Source: Bacteroidota bacterium (GTDB lineage: Bacteria > Bacteroidota > Ignavibacteria > UBA10030). From it: a stretch of 64,000 nucleotides of DNA. Position numbers and translations under genes: made by a program. How positions within the stretch are numbered: the first letter of the stretch is position 1; every line of letters begins with the position of its first letter. Shown here piece after piece: positions 63,128 to 64,000 of the stretch. The notes beneath the pieces were generated by a model, which saw only the letters and a program-made list of their open reading frames with translations, made no database searches and was not told the DNA's origin. Where the stretch lies: NCBI GenBank assembly GCA_040880975.1, contig JBBEEC010000048.1, positions 23,064-87,063 on the forward strand. The letters run 5' to 3'.

Positions 63128-64000
63128 TTACAGTGAAATCCTCGCCTCTTCAAAGTCGATCTTCTGATTGATGACGCTTCTCAGGAGCCTGCTCACCTTG
63201 GTTTCGTCCGGGTCTCTAAATATCGATTGCATTTCTTCGGGGGGAGGAAGCCGCTTGACAATTTCACGCCGGTACCGTGTTGCGTTGATGCACTCGACCA
63301 AATGCTCTGAAAATCGACGGATGGTGTCCTTTTTGGTTTCCCCCGGAACCCGTTGCGGCCAGATATCGAAATTCCAGAGACCGTCGAATCCTTTCCAGTA
63401 AAGCCAGTATTCGGCTTCCAGTACTTCCTGGAAATTGTCGTTCCCCGGAATGTGGTCGTTATCCCAATGCTTCCGGTTATCATTCAAATCGATCTGACGC
63501 AAGATTCCAAAATCCAATGCAAGGCAAATGCTTTCTGCGAGTTTTCCGCCTGCGATATGTGCATGGCCATACTCAATATTCTGAACAATGCGTCCGCGTG
63601 TGCGTGCGAGAATTCCGTGGAGACGTTCAAAGAACGCGTCCGCACGAAGGCCTGGCTCGTCCTTTAAAAGACGGTTCCGAAGCCGTTTTCTGATGCGGTC
63701 TTCCGTTGTCCTTGCGATGAAAAGGCCATGGACGGTTTCGCGTACGAACATGTCCTCCGCCGGATCGCCGGATTTTGGTTCGAGGCAAATCTGACAATCG
63801 GGTACAGCTTCGAGGACCTCGATATATCCGTCCACGAGAAGATTCCACGCCTGCGAATAATCACAAAGAAAAAGCCCATTGGAGCCGTCGTTTCCCTGCC
63901 AGAGAACGGAGTGCCGGCAGCCGAGGGGTTTCTTGAGTTTCTCCATCACAGGTCGAAGGGCGTTGTTCAGTTCCATTGCCCGTTTGACGTTGTCGATGGC
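63128..64000 (-). CDS. xylose-isomerase-family TIM-barrel sugar isomerase, 5'-truncated by the window edge
   Basis: Motifs CLEPKSGDP (compare EPKP.EP), NIEYGHAHIAG, IDLNDN and FDIWPQR. The frame stays open upstream of the Met at 63976 to position 64000 (AIDNVKRA-MELNN). Confidence 0.65.
   Translation of the reverse strand, partial: AIDNVKRAMELNNALRPVMEKLKKPLGCRHSVLWQGNDGSNGLFLCDYSQAWNLLVDGYIEVLEAVPDCQICLEPKSGDPAEDMFVRETVHGLFIARTTEDRIRKRLRNRLLKDEPGLRADAFFERLHGILARTRGRIVQNIEYGHAHIAGGKLAESICLALDFGILRQIDLNDNRKHWDNDHIPGNDNFQEVLEAEYWLYWKGFDGLWNFDIWPQRVPGETKKDTIRRFSEHLVECINATRYRREIVKRLPPPEEMQSIFRDPDETKVSRLLRSVINQKIDFEEARISL

Noticed and set aside
1-64000. CRISPR arrays, prophage, integrase/transposase genes, restriction-modification, toxin-antitoxin or other defence systems.
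   Set aside because: No regularly spaced repeats were seen, and no ORF has nuclease, integrase, transposase, methyltransferase or capsid-like motifs that I can recognise. The only repeats are the two GC-rich elements, the heptamer tracts and the paralogous genes reported above.

Overview
Bacterial chromosomal segment, moderately GC-rich by eye and probably from an uncultured organism. It is very gene-dense and almost entirely transcribed on the minus strand. The left 7.4 kb holds an ECF sigma / anti-sigma-like pair and a partial complex I operon (nuoA-B-C-D, an inserted four-helix-bundle Avd / 23S-IVS-like gene, then nuoE-F; no nuoG-N). A single plus-strand cspA-type cold-shock gene has a long structured leader and a clean intrinsic terminator. 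A soluble PAS histidine kinase follows. From 9.2 kb to the right edge runs a roughly 55-kb co-directional catabolic island of about 43 genes. Many gene junctions are ATGA start/stop overlaps, and only three intergenic gaps exceed 50 nt. The island combines: (a) secreted or Tat-exported glycan-active-looking proteins (two heparinase II/III-like, one GH15-like toroid, two BNR beta-propellers, three large orphans); (b) cytoplasmic GH88 and GH38; (c) three Na+/solute symporters; (d) two PfkB-kinase / class I aldolase pairs; (e) sugar isomerases (RhaI-like, xylose-isomerase-like); (f) Gfo/Idh/MocA, OYE and SDR redox enzymes; (g) a nitrogen / N-acyl-amino-acid block (M20 peptidase, cyclase, split PreA-like DHODH + ferredoxin, enolase-superfamily racemase-like, FAH, ferritin-like di-iron, amidohydrolase, class III aminotransferase, CN-hydrolase). 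I saw no rRNA, tRNA, CRISPR array, integrase/transposase, or recognisable phage or defence genes. The observations most worth follow-up are: (1) a tandemly duplicated, translationally coupled two-gene module (BNR propeller + ~600-aa secreted protein of a family I do not recognise); (2) a ~100-bp GC-rich repeat element present twice in opposite orientation, each copy flanked by short direct repeats; the two copies occupy two of the three large intergenic gaps; (3) the Avd/IVS-like gene bracketed by direct repeats inside the nuo operon; (4) a 28-gene, 36-kb apparent single operon headed by an IclR gene with a near-consensus sigma70 promoter. All functional calls come from reading motifs by eye; no database search was possible.
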